IMG/VR virus record: IMGVR_UViG_3300045116_000082
Span: 1 to 52,417 of that record
Reading direction: 5' to 3' (one strand)
DNA from: a virus
Lineage: Duplodnaviria > Caudoviricetes
Length of the DNA stretch: 52,417 bases
This document shows positions 24,405 through 35,419 of the stretch, piece by piece; position 1 is the first letter of the stretch; each line of letters begins with the position of its first letter. The notes beneath the pieces were generated by a model. That model had not been told where the DNA came from, ran no database searches, and saw nothing but the letters and a program-made list of their open reading frames with translations. A program made the translations under genes and the position numbers.

Positions 24405-25199
24405 CTACGGCGCTCCGATCTTCCACGCCCGACACGCCTGCGGCTTGAGGTACGTCGAGGCGTGCGCGTTCGCCATCGTCACGCTGACCTTTACGATGAT
24501 GTCCGCCGTGAACGTCGGCGTCCACGTCATAACGAACGTGCCTGCGGCCCATCCCCCCCAACTCCCGTCGGCGAAGTCGCCATCCAGTACTTCCTGCACA
24601 ACCGCCGTCCCTGACATGTTCTTCCGCATCCAGACCGCTGAACCGACACGCTGGAAGCGCATGCCGAACGGCACCGTTTGTTCGACAGCGAGATCGGGAA
24701 AGGCCCACGTCGCGTTCGGCGGGGACACCGACACGCCCCCGACGTAGATTTTCTGATTGAACGCCGTCGTGCCGCCACGGTTGTTCTTGTGCAGAAACCA
24801 TCCTTCCAGCACGACTATGTCACCATCGGCCCACTTGTTCGCGGGGACAGTGAACGTGATCACGTCCGTCTCCGCGACAGTATTGACGGCATCGGCCTTC
24901 GTGACCGCGTAGCCCGCAAACGGAGCCATGCCCGTGAGCGCCGCCCCGTTCACGGCAGGCAACGTCGTCGCGAGCGACGGCACCTTCGAGCCGTCCGTCA
25001 CGAACACGGCGTTCGCCACGCCCGCGATCCGGGCGATCTGCGACGCGGACGTGGCGTACCCGATGATGTCGTACTGCGCCTGCCCGGTCAGCGCGACCGC
25101 CCCGGTGTTCAGGGACGTGATCATGTCCCGCCACTCGGCGTTGCCCTGCGCGGCGGTCACGAGTTCGCCGCTGACCCACGTGCGTGGTGAGAGCGCCAT
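24405..25199 (-). CDS. Minor tail/fibre protein
   Basis: PRTWVSGELVTAA N-terminus typical of tail-distal proteins; beta-rich C-terminus. Confidence 0.6.
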   Translation of the reverse strand: MALSPRTWVSGELVTAAQGNAEWRDMITSLNTGAVALTGQAQYDIIGYATSASQIARIAGVANAVFVTDGSKVPSLATTLPAVNGAALTGMAPFAGYAVTKADAVNTVAETDVITFTVPANKWADGDIVVLEGWFLHKNNRGGTTAFNQKIYVGGVSVSPPNATWAFPDLAVEQTVPFGMRFQRVGSAVWMRKNMSGTAVVQEVLDGDFADGSWGGWAAGTFVMTWTPTFTADIIVKVSVTMANAHASTYLKPQACRAWKIGAP

Positions 25200-25201
25200 C
25201 G

Positions 25202-25774
25202 TCAGCCCTCCCTCTCGTCCAGCCCGAGTTCGCGGTCGGGCGCAACCTCATCCGGCTTCACGTCATCGGGCGGAATCGGCCGCGAGGCGTGCGGCGACAA
25301 CACCACGGCCGCAACCTCGGGCGGCAGGCCGCGCACGACCGGCCCCTCCGGGTCAGCCCATCGGCCGCGCCGCAGTTGCTTGTCATAGACCCCTAGCTGG
25401 ACGCTCTCCTGCACGAGATCCGCGATGCTCTCGTGCGGCTCCCATGAGCGCGTGCGTCTGTCGGGACGGTCCATCAAGACCTCTGCCACGACGGCGCGGA
25501 GCGATCCGGGCGTCGCCTCCCACGCAATCGGGTGCATCGTGCAACAGTCGAAACAGATCGCCGTGGGCCACGTATGGTCAACCGCCACGCCCGCCCCGCA
25601 CTGGCAGTCGGCAATCCATCGGCCCATGTTGACGCGCGGCTCCAGCGGCAGCACCGAGCGCGTGACTCGCTGCCGCGTCCGGTGCGCGTTCTGCACGAGC
25701 TTGCTGTGCGCCTCTGCGTAGTCGCGGAACGGCAGCGTCGTGCGCGCGTAGGTCAGATCCGTCGTCATCGCCAT
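25202..25774 (-). CDS. Hypothetical tail-region protein with CxC..CxxC
   Basis: VN.GRWIADC.CG...C..C...R...RSW motif. Confidence 0.55.
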   Translation of the reverse strand: MAMTTDLTYARTTLPFRDYAEAHSKLVQNAHRTRQRVTRSVLPLEPRVNMGRWIADCQCGAGVAVDHTWPTAICFDCCTMHPIAWEATPGSLRAVVAEVLMDRPDRRTRSWEPHESIADLVQESVQLGVYDKQLRRGRWADPEGPVVRGLPPEVAAVVLSPHASRPIPPDDVKPDEVAPDRELGLDEREG

Positions 25775-27363
25775 CACGCAAACCCCAGTCGGGTCGTGAG
25801 CCCGAGTTCCGATGCATTCGCCGTCCCGAGCAGCCAGTAGCTCGTCATGTCAGCCGGAGCCAGCCCCCACTCGACGCGCAGATAGCCGCCCTGGTCTCTC
25901 AGCGACACCCGCTGGATGAACGCGTCTGTATCCACGCCGGTCTGCGTCTCCCGCAGGGTGAACCGGGTCCCAATGTCCCACGCGAGCGCGAGGTTGAGCA
26001 GCGTCGCATCGGAACACGTGAACGACACCGACGTCGGCCGCGCCGTGGGCGTCTTGTAGAGGTTGAGCAGGAACGCCGCGAACCCCGCGCCGATGGCCGG
26101 GTCGTCTTGATACGGCATATCGACTTGCACGAGCCGCTCGCCGTAGGCGGCGATGCTGGCCGCGTCTTCGGCCGTCGAGACCACGGGTGTGGTGTCGTAG
26201 ATGCCTTTGCCCCGGATCTGGAGCTTCGTGATGTAGCCGACGACGGCCGCATTGTTCGTCACCGACCACGACACGCCGTTCGCCCCGATGCCGGTCGTGA
26301 CCACGCCAGACGGCGTGACCGAGAACGACGCCGTGAGATCCGTGCCCAGGCCATCAGCCTGCGAGTTCATGGTGTAGTCGGTCGTGGCGACCGGCGTCAC
26401 CATGTCCGTCCCGCCGCAGCGATCGTTATTGTTGAGCGGATCGCCGTAGGGCCCCATGAACGTCACCGTCTCGCCGGGCTGCACGGCCGAGGACACGTTC
26501 TCCACGTTCAGGGACCAGAGGACCGTCGTCGCCGCCGCATCGATTCGGCGCGGATGCGTCGTGACTTGCACTTTGTTGTAGAGCACCCCGCGTGAGTACT
26601 CGACACTCAGGCCGTGCATGTCGTCGTCGAGCGTGAACTGGGATTCGGCCGCAGCGCGCCCGAGCCGCGCCTCCACCACGAGCGCCCCGGACCCGCGCAC
26701 GTACCCGAAGCCGCCCTCCGAGTGCATCAGGCTCGCCAGCGCGGCCAGCACGCGCGTCTTTTCATCGCGCACGTTGTCGAGCGCATAGGCGAACGTCGAG
26801 TTGCACGTGGCGAAGACCGTGGACTCCGGCTGCTCCGCCATGCCGTCGAGGATGGCCTGTGCAATCTGATCCGTGCGCTTCGAGAGTTGCAGCGCCACGT
26901 TCGTGGTCAGGCTCGCGGCCGTGTCGATCCAGTCCACGACGCGCACGGCCGTGTGCCGGTCACGATAGCTGCCCGGCGACGGCTCGATGCTGTCGATCTT
27001 CCCGATAAAGAACGTGCGCGCGCTCGTCCCCACGGCGAACGCGGTCGGCTCGAAACCCGAGGATGAGAACCCTCCATCATCGGTCTCTGGCACGCGCCAG
27101 CGGAGCTTGATGCCCGCGTCGAATCCGGCGCGGCAGTTCGCGTGCCCTGGCGAGTAGTAGCCCGCCAGCCCCGCACTGTTCCGCGCCGAATTGTTCAACG
27201 TGACCGTGCCCTGCCCCGTGCCCGCCGTGCGGTCGTTCGGCCCGCTGCCGTCAATGCCGTAGCCCGCCCCGAGGTCGCCGAGCACGTCGGCCGACACGTC
27301 CGTCCAGCCCCCGCCGGGGCCGTCCAACTCCATCTCGACGACGGACGTGAAGTCAAGCGCCAT
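25774..27363 (-). CDS. Minor tail (hub/baseplate) protein
   Basis: WTDVS..V, TVTLNN, D..SIA.YG and DIG motifs; located downstream of the tape measure. Confidence 0.7.
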   Translation of the reverse strand: MALDFTSVVEMELDGPGGGWTDVSADVLGDLGAGYGIDGSGPNDRTAGTGQGTVTLNNSARNSAGLAGYYSPGHANCRAGFDAGIKLRWRVPETDDGGFSSSGFEPTAFAVGTSARTFFIGKIDSIEPSPGSYRDRHTAVRVVDWIDTAASLTTNVALQLSKRTDQIAQAILDGMAEQPESTVFATCNSTFAYALDNVRDEKTRVLAALASLMHSEGGFGYVRGSGALVVEARLGRAAAESQFTLDDDMHGLSVEYSRGVLYNKVQVTTHPRRIDAAATTVLWSLNVENVSSAVQPGETVTFMGPYGDPLNNNDRCGGTDMVTPVATTDYTMNSQADGLGTDLTASFSVTPSGVVTTGIGANGVSWSVTNNAAVVGYITKLQIRGKGIYDTTPVVSTAEDAASIAAYGERLVQVDMPYQDDPAIGAGFAAFLLNLYKTPTARPTSVSFTCSDATLLNLALAWDIGTRFTLRETQTGVDTDAFIQRVSLRDQGGYLRVEWGLAPADMTSYWLLGTANASELGLTTRLGFA

Positions 27364-27403
27364 CGGCTAGACCTCTTTCAGCGCGTCCCGCAACAAGAGC
27401 GGG

Positions 27404-28666
27404 TCATTCGTACGCCTCGCCTGTGTCGCGGTCAACATGGCGGCAGCGCACCGCCGTGTCACACCACAGCCTGAATCCGGCTTCCCGCGCCTGCTGGCTG
27501 AAGAACGAGTCTTGCGTCAGCTGCACGCCCGTCACGAACCACGGATAGGGGATGCGCCGGAACACTTCGATGCGAAACAGGGTGAAGCCCGTGGGGATGG
27601 TGTAGACCTCGCGCAGCGTCCCGTCCGGGTCATCGAGCGTCGCCCGTTCTCCATCCGGCGTCAGCACAATCGGCGTGCCTTTGCGCGGCCCCGGCTTGCG
27701 CCACGGATACCACCCGCCCACGATGTCAAGGCCATGCTTGAGCAGTCGCTCCACGCCATCGGGCGGCGGGAACGTGTCGTCCTCGATGATGAGCAGATGC
27801 GTGGTCCCGACCTTCATCGCGTGATCGAGCGCCGTCAGCACGGCCTGATTGAGCGCCTGATCAACGGGCATTCCGTAGATACAGTGATAGTGACGCTCGG
27901 CTTCACCGGGCCAGCCTTCGACCGTCGCTTGCTGTACGGGCAGCAGCGCGTCCGACTCGGGCTTCTTCTCGGTCGGCGTCACTACAAGCACCTTGGGATG
28001 TCCCACCCCGAGGAACCGCTGCTCGACTTGCGCGACCGTCTCTCCGAGCGACGCTGCAACAGGCGGCTCGTATGACGGGAGGACGGGCGGCAGCGGCACG
28101 CCCGCGAGTCGCAGCGCCATCACGTTGCCGGGAGAGATGCCCGTCTGCCGCGAGATCATGTCGGCCTCGGCCTGCACCAGCAGACGGCGACGGAACAATT
28201 CCTCTTGCGAGGCGTCGAGTTCTTGCCGCGTGAACGTGCGACCGAACCGCTGGTAGATGGCGAGCAAAGAATGGATCTCACGAATCGCCCCGAGCAGCGC
28301 CCGGTTTGTCTTCACGACGCCATACCGCTTCTGCATCGCCCGCAGCGCGTCGATAGCGTCGCCCGTGCCTTCGAGCGTCCGCGCCTCCTCGATGAGCACG
28401 CGCCGCTCGATCAGCCCGTCCACTACGGCGTCGTACTTCAACTGCAATTCCAGCACGCACTGTGCCCATCGCTGTTCTTCGGTGTCGTGCGCGCCGACGA
28501 CATGCCGCTCCAATACGTAGGACGGGCGGGGACATTGAATCTCCAGAAACTGCGTCCCGAGATCGGCCAGCGCATCGAGCGCCCCGACCGTCGCAGCCGA
28601 GAGCGCGGCATCATCTTGCGCGAAGCCGCGCAACGCGCCGGGGTCCACACCTTCGTTAGATCGCAT
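27404..28666 (-). CDS. Helical domain fused to a GT-A (GT2-like) glycosyltransferase
   Basis: LLIIEDD, VGGWY, TGFTLF..EVF...PYPWF, QD.FF...A..AG..LW.D....C.H. Confidence 0.7.
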   Translation of the reverse strand: MRSNEGVDPGALRGFAQDDAALSAATVGALDALADLGTQFLEIQCPRPSYVLERHVVGAHDTEEQRWAQCVLELQLKYDAVVDGLIERRVLIEEARTLEGTGDAIDALRAMQKRYGVVKTNRALLGAIREIHSLLAIYQRFGRTFTRQELDASQEELFRRRLLVQAEADMISRQTGISPGNVMALRLAGVPLPPVLPSYEPPVAASLGETVAQVEQRFLGVGHPKVLVVTPTEKKPESDALLPVQQATVEGWPGEAERHYHCIYGMPVDQALNQAVLTALDHAMKVGTTHLLIIEDDTFPPPDGVERLLKHGLDIVGGWYPWRKPGPRKGTPIVLTPDGERATLDDPDGTLREVYTIPTGFTLFRIEVFRRIPYPWFVTGVQLTQDSFFSQQAREAGFRLWCDTAVRCRHVDRDTGEAYE

Positions 28667-30242
28667 AGTCGTTGATCCCTCCCGTGAGTCCCCGATAGGC
28701 AGCAAAGTCGGAGGCCGTGTTCGCAGCGACCGCGCCCGTCGAGAACGTCAGCCGGTCAGCAGTGGTCAGCCACCCCGCCGTGCCTGCGCCGCCGCAGCCG
28801 TAGGCGTACACCTGCCCGTCGCTCACGCTCGACAGCGCATACCGAGCGACCGACAAGTTCGACGCGGTATTCGCCGCCATTACTCCCGTCGAGAACGTCA
28901 TCTTGTGTCCGGTCGTAACGTGCGCGCCGGAATGACCCCCGCACACGAACCCATACGTCGGGTCCGACGCGCAGAAGTTTCCAGACACGGCCGCGACCGA
29001 TAGCGCCGCTGCGGTGTTTGCCGCCGTCGTCGCCGTGGCGAACGTCATCCGATAGCCCGTCGTCCCGTACGTCGGGTAGCCGTAGATGAGGCCGTCCGAG
29101 ATGTGCGCGAAGGCTGCGCCCGACGCGCACTTTGCCGTCGTCTTTGACGCCCACACGCACGTCGCGTAGGTCAGTTGGTACGCGCTCGACCCATCGAGCC
29201 AGTACCCGTACGCCTGTCCGTCGTTCAAGTGCGACGAGTTATTGATGTTCGCGCCGCCCTGACTGCCGCCTGCCACGGGATAACCTGCGGCCGTGTTCGA
29301 CGCCATCGCACCTGTCGCCAGCGTCAGTCGCCATGCGTACTGATTCGCGCTTCCACCGTCCCAGCCCCCGGCCATGTGGCCGTAGTATTCGAGGTCGGAC
29401 AGACCGCCGTACTGGCCGTACACCGCGTTGGCGAGGTTGCCTGCGGTCCACGCGGCCCATGCGCCCGTCGAGAACGTCATCCGGTGACACGCCGTTGAGA
29501 CAGCCCCCGTGTACCCGCCTGCGGCGTAGCCATAGATCGCTTTTCGCCGCAACGCCAATTGCGGCGACCATCCGCGCAACGAGAACCCCGTGGTCGAGTA
29601 CGCCACGCCAAGCGGCAGCGGCGTCCGGTTCCATCCGGCGCTCGGTTCCGTTGCCGTCATCGCGCCCGGAGACGTTGGGGATATCCAGTACATCGTGTTG
29701 GCGGTGAGACCCGACAGTCCCGCCACGGTCCCCGGCGAGGCAAAGGTCACGGTGTCGCCAGCGTTGCCGGTCGAGAGCGCGATGAACGGCCCGCCCATCG
29801 TACGAATGCGCGACAGCCACGGATACGCCGTGGTTTTGTACATGCGCCCTGCGGTGCCGAAGCCCGTTACGACGCAATAGCACACGTCCCCGACCGCCAG
29901 CGTCTCGCCCGCGACGCCAGAAAACTGATTGGCGACGACATTCGCTTGCCAGCTTGGATCGGCTCCCGCCCCGTTGCTCGTCCAGACGGTGCCGCTCGCA
30001 CCCGCCGCGCCCGAGTACTTCGGCTTCGCGGCGACTCCGTCCGACACGACCATCTGGCCTTTCGCCACGCTCGCCAGATAGCTCGCGCCGTCGGTCGCGC
30101 CCGTGTCGCGCAGCGGGATGTCACCGTGCGTGCCGCCGCTCATCGCATGGCCGTCGTTCCAGTCGGAGGGCTGCACAAGCGTGGTGTCCGCCGTGTCGGA
30201 CTTCGCGCTGACCTTCGCGTGAGTGATGCTAACGTCGGCCAT
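28656..30242 (-). CDS. Tail fibre / receptor-binding protein with repeats
   Basis: ITHAKVS..D..LVQPSDWN.GH N-terminus; ~45-aa repeats YGY.GG...RMTFST...A.NT.A.L suggest a kelch-like propeller. Confidence 0.65.
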   Translation of the reverse strand: MADVSITHAKVSAKSDTADTTLVQPSDWNDGHAMSGGTHGDIPLRDTGATDGASYLASVAKGQMVVSDGVAAKPKYSGAAGASGTVWTSNGAGADPSWQANVVANQFSGVAGETLAVGDVCYCVVTGFGTAGRMYKTTAYPWLSRIRTMGGPFIALSTGNAGDTVTFASPGTVAGLSGLTANTMYWISPTSPGAMTATEPSAGWNRTPLPLGVAYSTTGFSLRGWSPQLALRRKAIYGYAAGGYTGAVSTACHRMTFSTGAWAAWTAGNLANAVYGQYGGLSDLEYYGHMAGGWDGGSANQYAWRLTLATGAMASNTAAGYPVAGGSQGGANINNSSHLNDGQAYGYWLDGSSAYQLTYATCVWASKTTAKCASGAAFAHISDGLIYGYPTYGTTGYRMTFATATTAANTAAALSVAAVSGNFCASDPTYGFVCGGHSGAHVTTGHKMTFSTGVMAANTASNLSVARYALSSVSDGQVYAYGCGGAGTAGWLTTADRLTFSTGAVAANTASDFAAYRGLTGGINDYAI

Positions 30243-30244
30243 GA

Positions 30245-33200
30245 CTAGACTCCTGCGAGCAGGATGTTGTCCCGCACCGAGCGGCCCACGGCCCGCGCAA
30301 TCGCCGCCGGAAGCGCATCGAGCTTGCGCTCGATCGCGCCAAACCCGCTGTCGCCCAGCGGCACCACCGCCTCAGGCCCACGTTCGCCCACGAGCGCCAG
30401 CGTTGGCCCCATCACGACCCCGCCCGTCCCCATGCGCGGCGTGTAACCCGCTCGCACCGCCGCTTGCTGCAACGCCTGCAGGAACGCTTGAATCTCCGGC
30501 TTGGCGAACTGCGACTCCCCGAGGTAGCCGAACCGCCCCGCGATGGCATTGAACGCCGCCTGATCCGGGACCGCCTGCCCGAACTGCTTGAACACGGACC
30601 CGAGCTGGCTGACGGCCTCATCGCGGCTCATCCACTCGACGTCTTTACCCCACGCCCCACGCGGCCGAGACCACTGCATCGACGAGAGGACCCCGGCGAG
30701 GTTGGGAAGTGATGGCGTCGGGAGCGTCGGCGGCTCGACCGGGAGCGTCGACCACTCCCGCTTGAGCTCGATGATTTTGCGGATCGCGTTGTCGATCGGC
30801 TCGACCGGCAGGCCGTCGAGTTCCGTCCCGAGCTTCGACACGGCGAGCGCCGCCATGTCGGTGTAGCTCTTGAACGTGCCGAGCGACCCGGCCATGTCCA
30901 CGCCAGCCGTTTCCGCGGTCGCCATCGCGATCTGCAACTGCGTACTGATCTCGCGGATGCCGCCCGGCGAGTGTCCCCACGCCGCGCTCTCGGCGGCATC
31001 TTCGATGGCTTCAAGGGCCTCCACGCCGCGGTCGCGGAATGTTTCCCAGTCCACGTCTTCAAGGCTCTTGTTGAGCGCCCGCGCGGCATTCATGCCGCCG
31101 GTTTCTATCTTGGACTTGATGGCGGCGGCGGTATCGGTGGCCTGCTGCCGTGTGGCAGCGAACGCATCCGTGATCGCACGAACAAAGTCTTCGCGGAAGA
31201 ATCGGGTGAGGTCGCCGAGCGTGTCCTTGATGGTCTCCAACGCCTCGACCTGCTTGCGCGCCGGGTCCTTGGCGGCTTCACCCACGACTCCGTGCGCCTC
31301 CGCAAACTCCAGTAGCTTGCGCGTGTCCTCGTCCACGACGTAGCCGGTGTCTTTCCAGATTTGCCAGAGCGTCTGGAGCGTCGGCTGCATGGCCCGCAGC
31401 CCCTGCTCGCCGCCGCGCCCACTCAGCTCCATCCGGCGGAAGATGTCGTAGGCTGTTGCTCCGAGGTCGCGGAACATCCCCGCGTTCAGCATGCCGGAGT
31501 TCCAGAGGCCCGTCATCATCTGGTTCAGCGACCCGAGCGCCTGTACCGTCTGCGGGTTGTCCTTGGCAAACTGCCGCCAGCCCAACAGCGTCTGGAGCGT
31601 CCCGTCAGCCTTAAACCCGAACTGGTCCGTCAGCGCCGCCAGCTGGTCCAGCCCCGGCCCGATCTGGCCCAAGGCGCCGAGGAAGTCGCCGGACTGCGCG
31701 ACGGCCGACGCAAATGCCGCCGTGACGATCCGCCCGTACCGGTTAAACTCCTCCTGCCCCTTCGCCGCGAACTCCGCCATGGCCGCCGCGTTCGCCCCAT
31801 GCTCCGCAACGACTTCACCAAGCTGCGTCCGCAGCTTCGCCAGTTCCTCGTTCCACTTCTCGTAGTTCCGCCGCTGCTGCTCTGTCGCCGGGCCGCCCTT
31901 CTTGTCCATGTCCACGATCTTAGCCGTCAGGTCGGCGATGCGCGAGCCGAGGTCGTCCGTCGTCTCGGCGAACTTCCCGGCATCCTCGATCATCGTGAGC
32001 CACGGCGCAGCAAACGCATCGACCAGGCCCAGCGCCCCTTCCATGATGTTCGAGAACTGCGCGTCCATGAAGGCCGCATAGCCTTCCAGCGCGGCCCCGG
32101 CCTCCTGTAGCGCGAACACCTGCTCACGCTCAGCCTGCGTCAACAGCCCCATCGTGGCCGTGACCTCTCCGAGCCGCGTGTTCACGGCGCCGAGCCGGGC
32201 CTCCATCTCGCTGATGTCGGCCATGTCCATCCCGAGGATGGCTGCGATGTTCTCCACGCCCTCAATGCTACCGAACCGGTCGATCATCTCCTTGAGGGCG
32301 TCCATCTTCTCCTTCGCGGCGTCAAGGTCGTCGAGCGCGGCGAGGTTGACGCCGACCTTCGCCGCCATCGACTGCGCCGCCGCTACGGAGCCGAAGTCCT
32401 TGACGAGTCCGTTGAGGAACTCGAACTTGTCCTTGAACTTCCCTAGCTCAGCATTGAACTCGGCCAGCCCGCCCTTCCCCTGCGATCCCCATAGCCCGGC
32501 AAGGTTCGAGCCGAGGACAGCGCTCATCTCCTTGATCTGCTCCAACGACCCGTACTGGCTGACCAGCGCCGCCTTCATCTTCTCGACTTCGGCCGTCGCC
32601 TTGGCGTTCTCCTCGCGCAGCTTCTTCGCGTGCCCGATGAGGCCGCCGAAGATTCCCGCGATGCCGCCGATGGCCGCCCCGATTGCCGCGCCCGGTGCGT
32701 GGCCAAACATGAAGCCGATGCCTGCGCCCGCCGCCGCGCCGCCCAGCCCGGTCGTCACGGCAGCGCCTGCCTTGGTCGACGTGTCCATCACCTGCGCCGC
32801 GATCCCGGCCGCCGCCGACAGCGCCGCCGTCAGCTTCGCCCCCATCGACACGCCTGCCGTCGTAATCGTATCCAGCGCCCGCGTCGCCAGCGAGGCGACG
32901 TTCCCAAACGTCCCGCCGATGTTGTCGAAGATCCCGGCCACCGTGCTGGCCAGATCGTGCAGCCGGTCTTTCCACGTCTCCTTCGTATCGTCAGCGGCCT
33001 TCTTCGCAACGGAACGGATCGCGCGGAAGAAGTCCCCGATTGGCCCCGGCAACATCGACATCATCTGCGACACGCGGACAAACGCCTCCTCAAAGTTCTC
33101 CTCGAAGTACGTTGTAAACGACCCGGTGTTCCGCTTCCCGCTCTCCATCACCTGACTGATGACGGCGCCTAGCTCCGCGATCCGCTTCTTCGAGTTGGCG

Positions 33201-35386
33201 ACGGCTCCCTCCATCGCATCCCGGTACGTGTTGAACGTCTCGACGGGGAGCTTGATCTGTGGGAACTTCAGGATGGTTGCCGCCGCTTCGCTACCACGTA
33301 TGGCCGGGGTGCCGCCTTCCTCGCGCATCAGGAACAGCCGGGCCTCCGCCGCCTTCTTCATCTGCGCCGCGAGGTCGGCATACTTGCTACCGTGCGCCGC
33401 GAGTATCGGTAGCGCCTCGCGCATCTTCTTGTAGAGGTCTTCTTGCGTCTCGATGGACAGGCTCGTCGCCTTCGGCAACATCCCGAGCACGTTCACGAGG
33501 TCGCGCATCGCGTCAGCCGCCGCCTTCCCTGACAGCTCTACCAGCAGTTCCTTCTCCGCATCCGTCAGCTCGCGCGTTTTCTTTGCCTGCACCTCTACCT
33601 TCTTCGAGAGGTCGACGGCCAGCTCGCCCTTCTTAGCAAACGCATTGGCGACTTCCAGCGTGATCTTCCCCATGTCCTTCTGGGCGAGCTTCGTGACGTC
33701 GATCTTGACCTTGAGCGAGTCCAGCTGGACTTCCGTGCCGCCGAGCGCCCGGTCCACCTTCGCCTGATTCGCGACGAACTCGTTGACGGCCCGCGCCTGC
33801 TCCCGCTTCTGCGGATCAATGAACGACGCCGCAGCTAGCTCGCGGCGGCCTTCGGGCGTCTCCTGCTTCCGCATCCGGTCGATCTGCTCTTGTAGCCGGT
33901 CTAGCGCCTCCTTCACGAGCTTCGCCTGTAGGACGAACAGCGCGCCGATAGCAACGCCTGCCGCTGCCGCCCCTACGAGGCCCACGGCCACCGCCAGCCC
34001 GCGCGTCGCAATCGCCGCCCCCTTAGCGGACGCCTCCATCAGCCAGATCCGCGCCGTCAGCACCGGGACGGAGTTCCCAAGGGTAAACATGGCCGTCGAC
34101 GTCGCCGTGAGGATGCTCCCGAGGCCGCTGACCGCCACCCCGGTCGTCTTGATGAGGATCCCCAGCGCAATGAGCGCCGGAGCCGCGACGGTTCCGATCC
34201 CGACGACGGCATAGGTCGCCCGCTTGGCCGGTTCGGGCCACGTCTCGAATGCCTTGGCCGCATCCAGCAGCGACGACTTGATCGGGCCGATAATGTGCGC
34301 CAGCTCCATGAACGCTGGCTTCAGGGCGTCGCCAACGGCGATGGCGAGGGACTCCGCCTTAGCCTTCATCGTCTCGAACGTGAACGCCGTCTCGTGGCTC
34401 ACCACCTTCATGCCGCTATCTACGGCGCCGACGGTATCCTGCACGTCACGCAGGATCTGCTCGAAGTCCTTACCCTGCGACCCGGCCGTGGCGAGCAGGC
34501 CGGTCAGGGCGCGGACGTTGTTGACGAAGTCGGCCAGTGCTTCGTCGTTCCCCTTGAACGCCTCGATGATCTTGAGCAGCGTGGGGACCAGTCCCTTGTC
34601 ACGGACTTCCTGCCGGAGTCCGGCCGCTGACATGCCGACGCTCGCCAGCGCCTCGGCTCCGGCCTTGCTCGTGTTTAGCAGTTCACCGAGGATGCCGCGC
34701 AACGACGTCGTGGCCTGCGCTGCGTCGCCGCCGACCCGCGTATACGCCGCAATGAAGGCGCCCACCTGATCGAAGCTCACGCCGAGGGATGCCGCGAGCG
34801 GGATGACCTTGCCGATGGACCCCTGTAGCTCCGTCGTCGTCATGTTGCCGACGCGCACCGTGCCGATCAAGAGTTCCGTTGCGCGCTCGGCCGACATGAC
34901 GGAGGGGCCGTAGGCGAGCATCAACTGCGTCACGGCTCGCGCAATCTCCGCCGTGTCGCCGAGGCCGATGGCCGTGGCCTTGGCCGCGTACTCCAGCGCC
35001 TCCATTGCTTCCGTCCCGCGTAGGCCGCCGGACGTCACCGCGAACATGGCGCGCGCGAGCTGGTCGGCCCCTACGCCGACCTTCGGCGCGAGGTCCAGCA
35101 TCGCATCGCGCCACTCCTCGACCTGATCCGTGTTGATGCCGACGAGGTTGATGATCTTCCCGAGGTCTTGCTCGAACCGGGCCGACATGTGGAGGCCCGC
35201 CGTCGCCGTCGCCGTGATCGCCGCAGAAGCGAGTATGGCCTGATGCCCCCACTCCTTCATCTGGTCGCCGACGTGCTTGACCTTCCCGCCGAAGCTGTCG
35301 ATGTTCTTGGCCGCGACCGCGAGCTGGGCCGACATCTTGTCCTGGAGTTCCAGGTACGCCACGATGTTCCCGACGCTCACGGCCAC
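30245..35386 (-). CDS. Tail tape measure protein
   Basis: 1713 aa, Ala-rich and helical, TP901-type N-terminal core, C-terminal GG.V..PT.ALVGE.GPEAVVPL. Confidence 0.92.
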   Translation of the reverse strand: MAVSVGNIVAYLELQDKMSAQLAVAAKNIDSFGGKVKHVGDQMKEWGHQAILASAAITATATAGLHMSARFEQDLGKIINLVGINTDQVEEWRDAMLDLAPKVGVGADQLARAMFAVTSGGLRGTEAMEALEYAAKATAIGLGDTAEIARAVTQLMLAYGPSVMSAERATELLIGTVRVGNMTTTELQGSIGKVIPLAASLGVSFDQVGAFIAAYTRVGGDAAQATTSLRGILGELLNTSKAGAEALASVGMSAAGLRQEVRDKGLVPTLLKIIEAFKGNDEALADFVNNVRALTGLLATAGSQGKDFEQILRDVQDTVGAVDSGMKVVSHETAFTFETMKAKAESLAIAVGDALKPAFMELAHIIGPIKSSLLDAAKAFETWPEPAKRATYAVVGIGTVAAPALIALGILIKTTGVAVSGLGSILTATSTAMFTLGNSVPVLTARIWLMEASAKGAAIATRGLAVAVGLVGAAAAGVAIGALFVLQAKLVKEALDRLQEQIDRMRKQETPEGRRELAAASFIDPQKREQARAVNEFVANQAKVDRALGGTEVQLDSLKVKIDVTKLAQKDMGKITLEVANAFAKKGELAVDLSKKVEVQAKKTRELTDAEKELLVELSGKAAADAMRDLVNVLGMLPKATSLSIETQEDLYKKMREALPILAAHGSKYADLAAQMKKAAEARLFLMREEGGTPAIRGSEAAATILKFPQIKLPVETFNTYRDAMEGAVANSKKRIAELGAVISQVMESGKRNTGSFTTYFEENFEEAFVRVSQMMSMLPGPIGDFFRAIRSVAKKAADDTKETWKDRLHDLASTVAGIFDNIGGTFGNVASLATRALDTITTAGVSMGAKLTAALSAAAGIAAQVMDTSTKAGAAVTTGLGGAAAGAGIGFMFGHAPGAAIGAAIGGIAGIFGGLIGHAKKLREENAKATAEVEKMKAALVSQYGSLEQIKEMSAVLGSNLAGLWGSQGKGGLAEFNAELGKFKDKFEFLNGLVKDFGSVAAAQSMAAKVGVNLAALDDLDAAKEKMDALKEMIDRFGSIEGVENIAAILGMDMADISEMEARLGAVNTRLGEVTATMGLLTQAEREQVFALQEAGAALEGYAAFMDAQFSNIMEGALGLVDAFAAPWLTMIEDAGKFAETTDDLGSRIADLTAKIVDMDKKGGPATEQQRRNYEKWNEELAKLRTQLGEVVAEHGANAAAMAEFAAKGQEEFNRYGRIVTAAFASAVAQSGDFLGALGQIGPGLDQLAALTDQFGFKADGTLQTLLGWRQFAKDNPQTVQALGSLNQMMTGLWNSGMLNAGMFRDLGATAYDIFRRMELSGRGGEQGLRAMQPTLQTLWQIWKDTGYVVDEDTRKLLEFAEAHGVVGEAAKDPARKQVEALETIKDTLGDLTRFFREDFVRAITDAFAATRQQATDTAAAIKSKIETGGMNAARALNKSLEDVDWETFRDRGVEALEAIEDAAESAAWGHSPGGIREISTQLQIAMATAETAGVDMAGSLGTFKSYTDMAALAVSKLGTELDGLPVEPIDNAIRKIIELKREWSTLPVEPPTLPTPSLPNLAGVLSSMQWSRPRGAWGKDVEWMSRDEAVSQLGSVFKQFGQAVPDQAAFNAIAGRFGYLGESQFAKPEIQAFLQALQQAAVRAGYTPRMGTGGVVMGPTLALVGERGPEAVVPLGDSGFGAIERKLDALPAAIARAVGRSVRDNILLAGV

Positions 35387-35419
35387 GGCATCCTCCGGTG
35401 GTCCGGCCGCCGCCCCTGC

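Noticed and set aside
24405-30242. Diversity-generating retroelement targeting tail fibres
   Set aside because: There is no reverse transcriptase, and I did not see a TR/VR pair differing at adenines.
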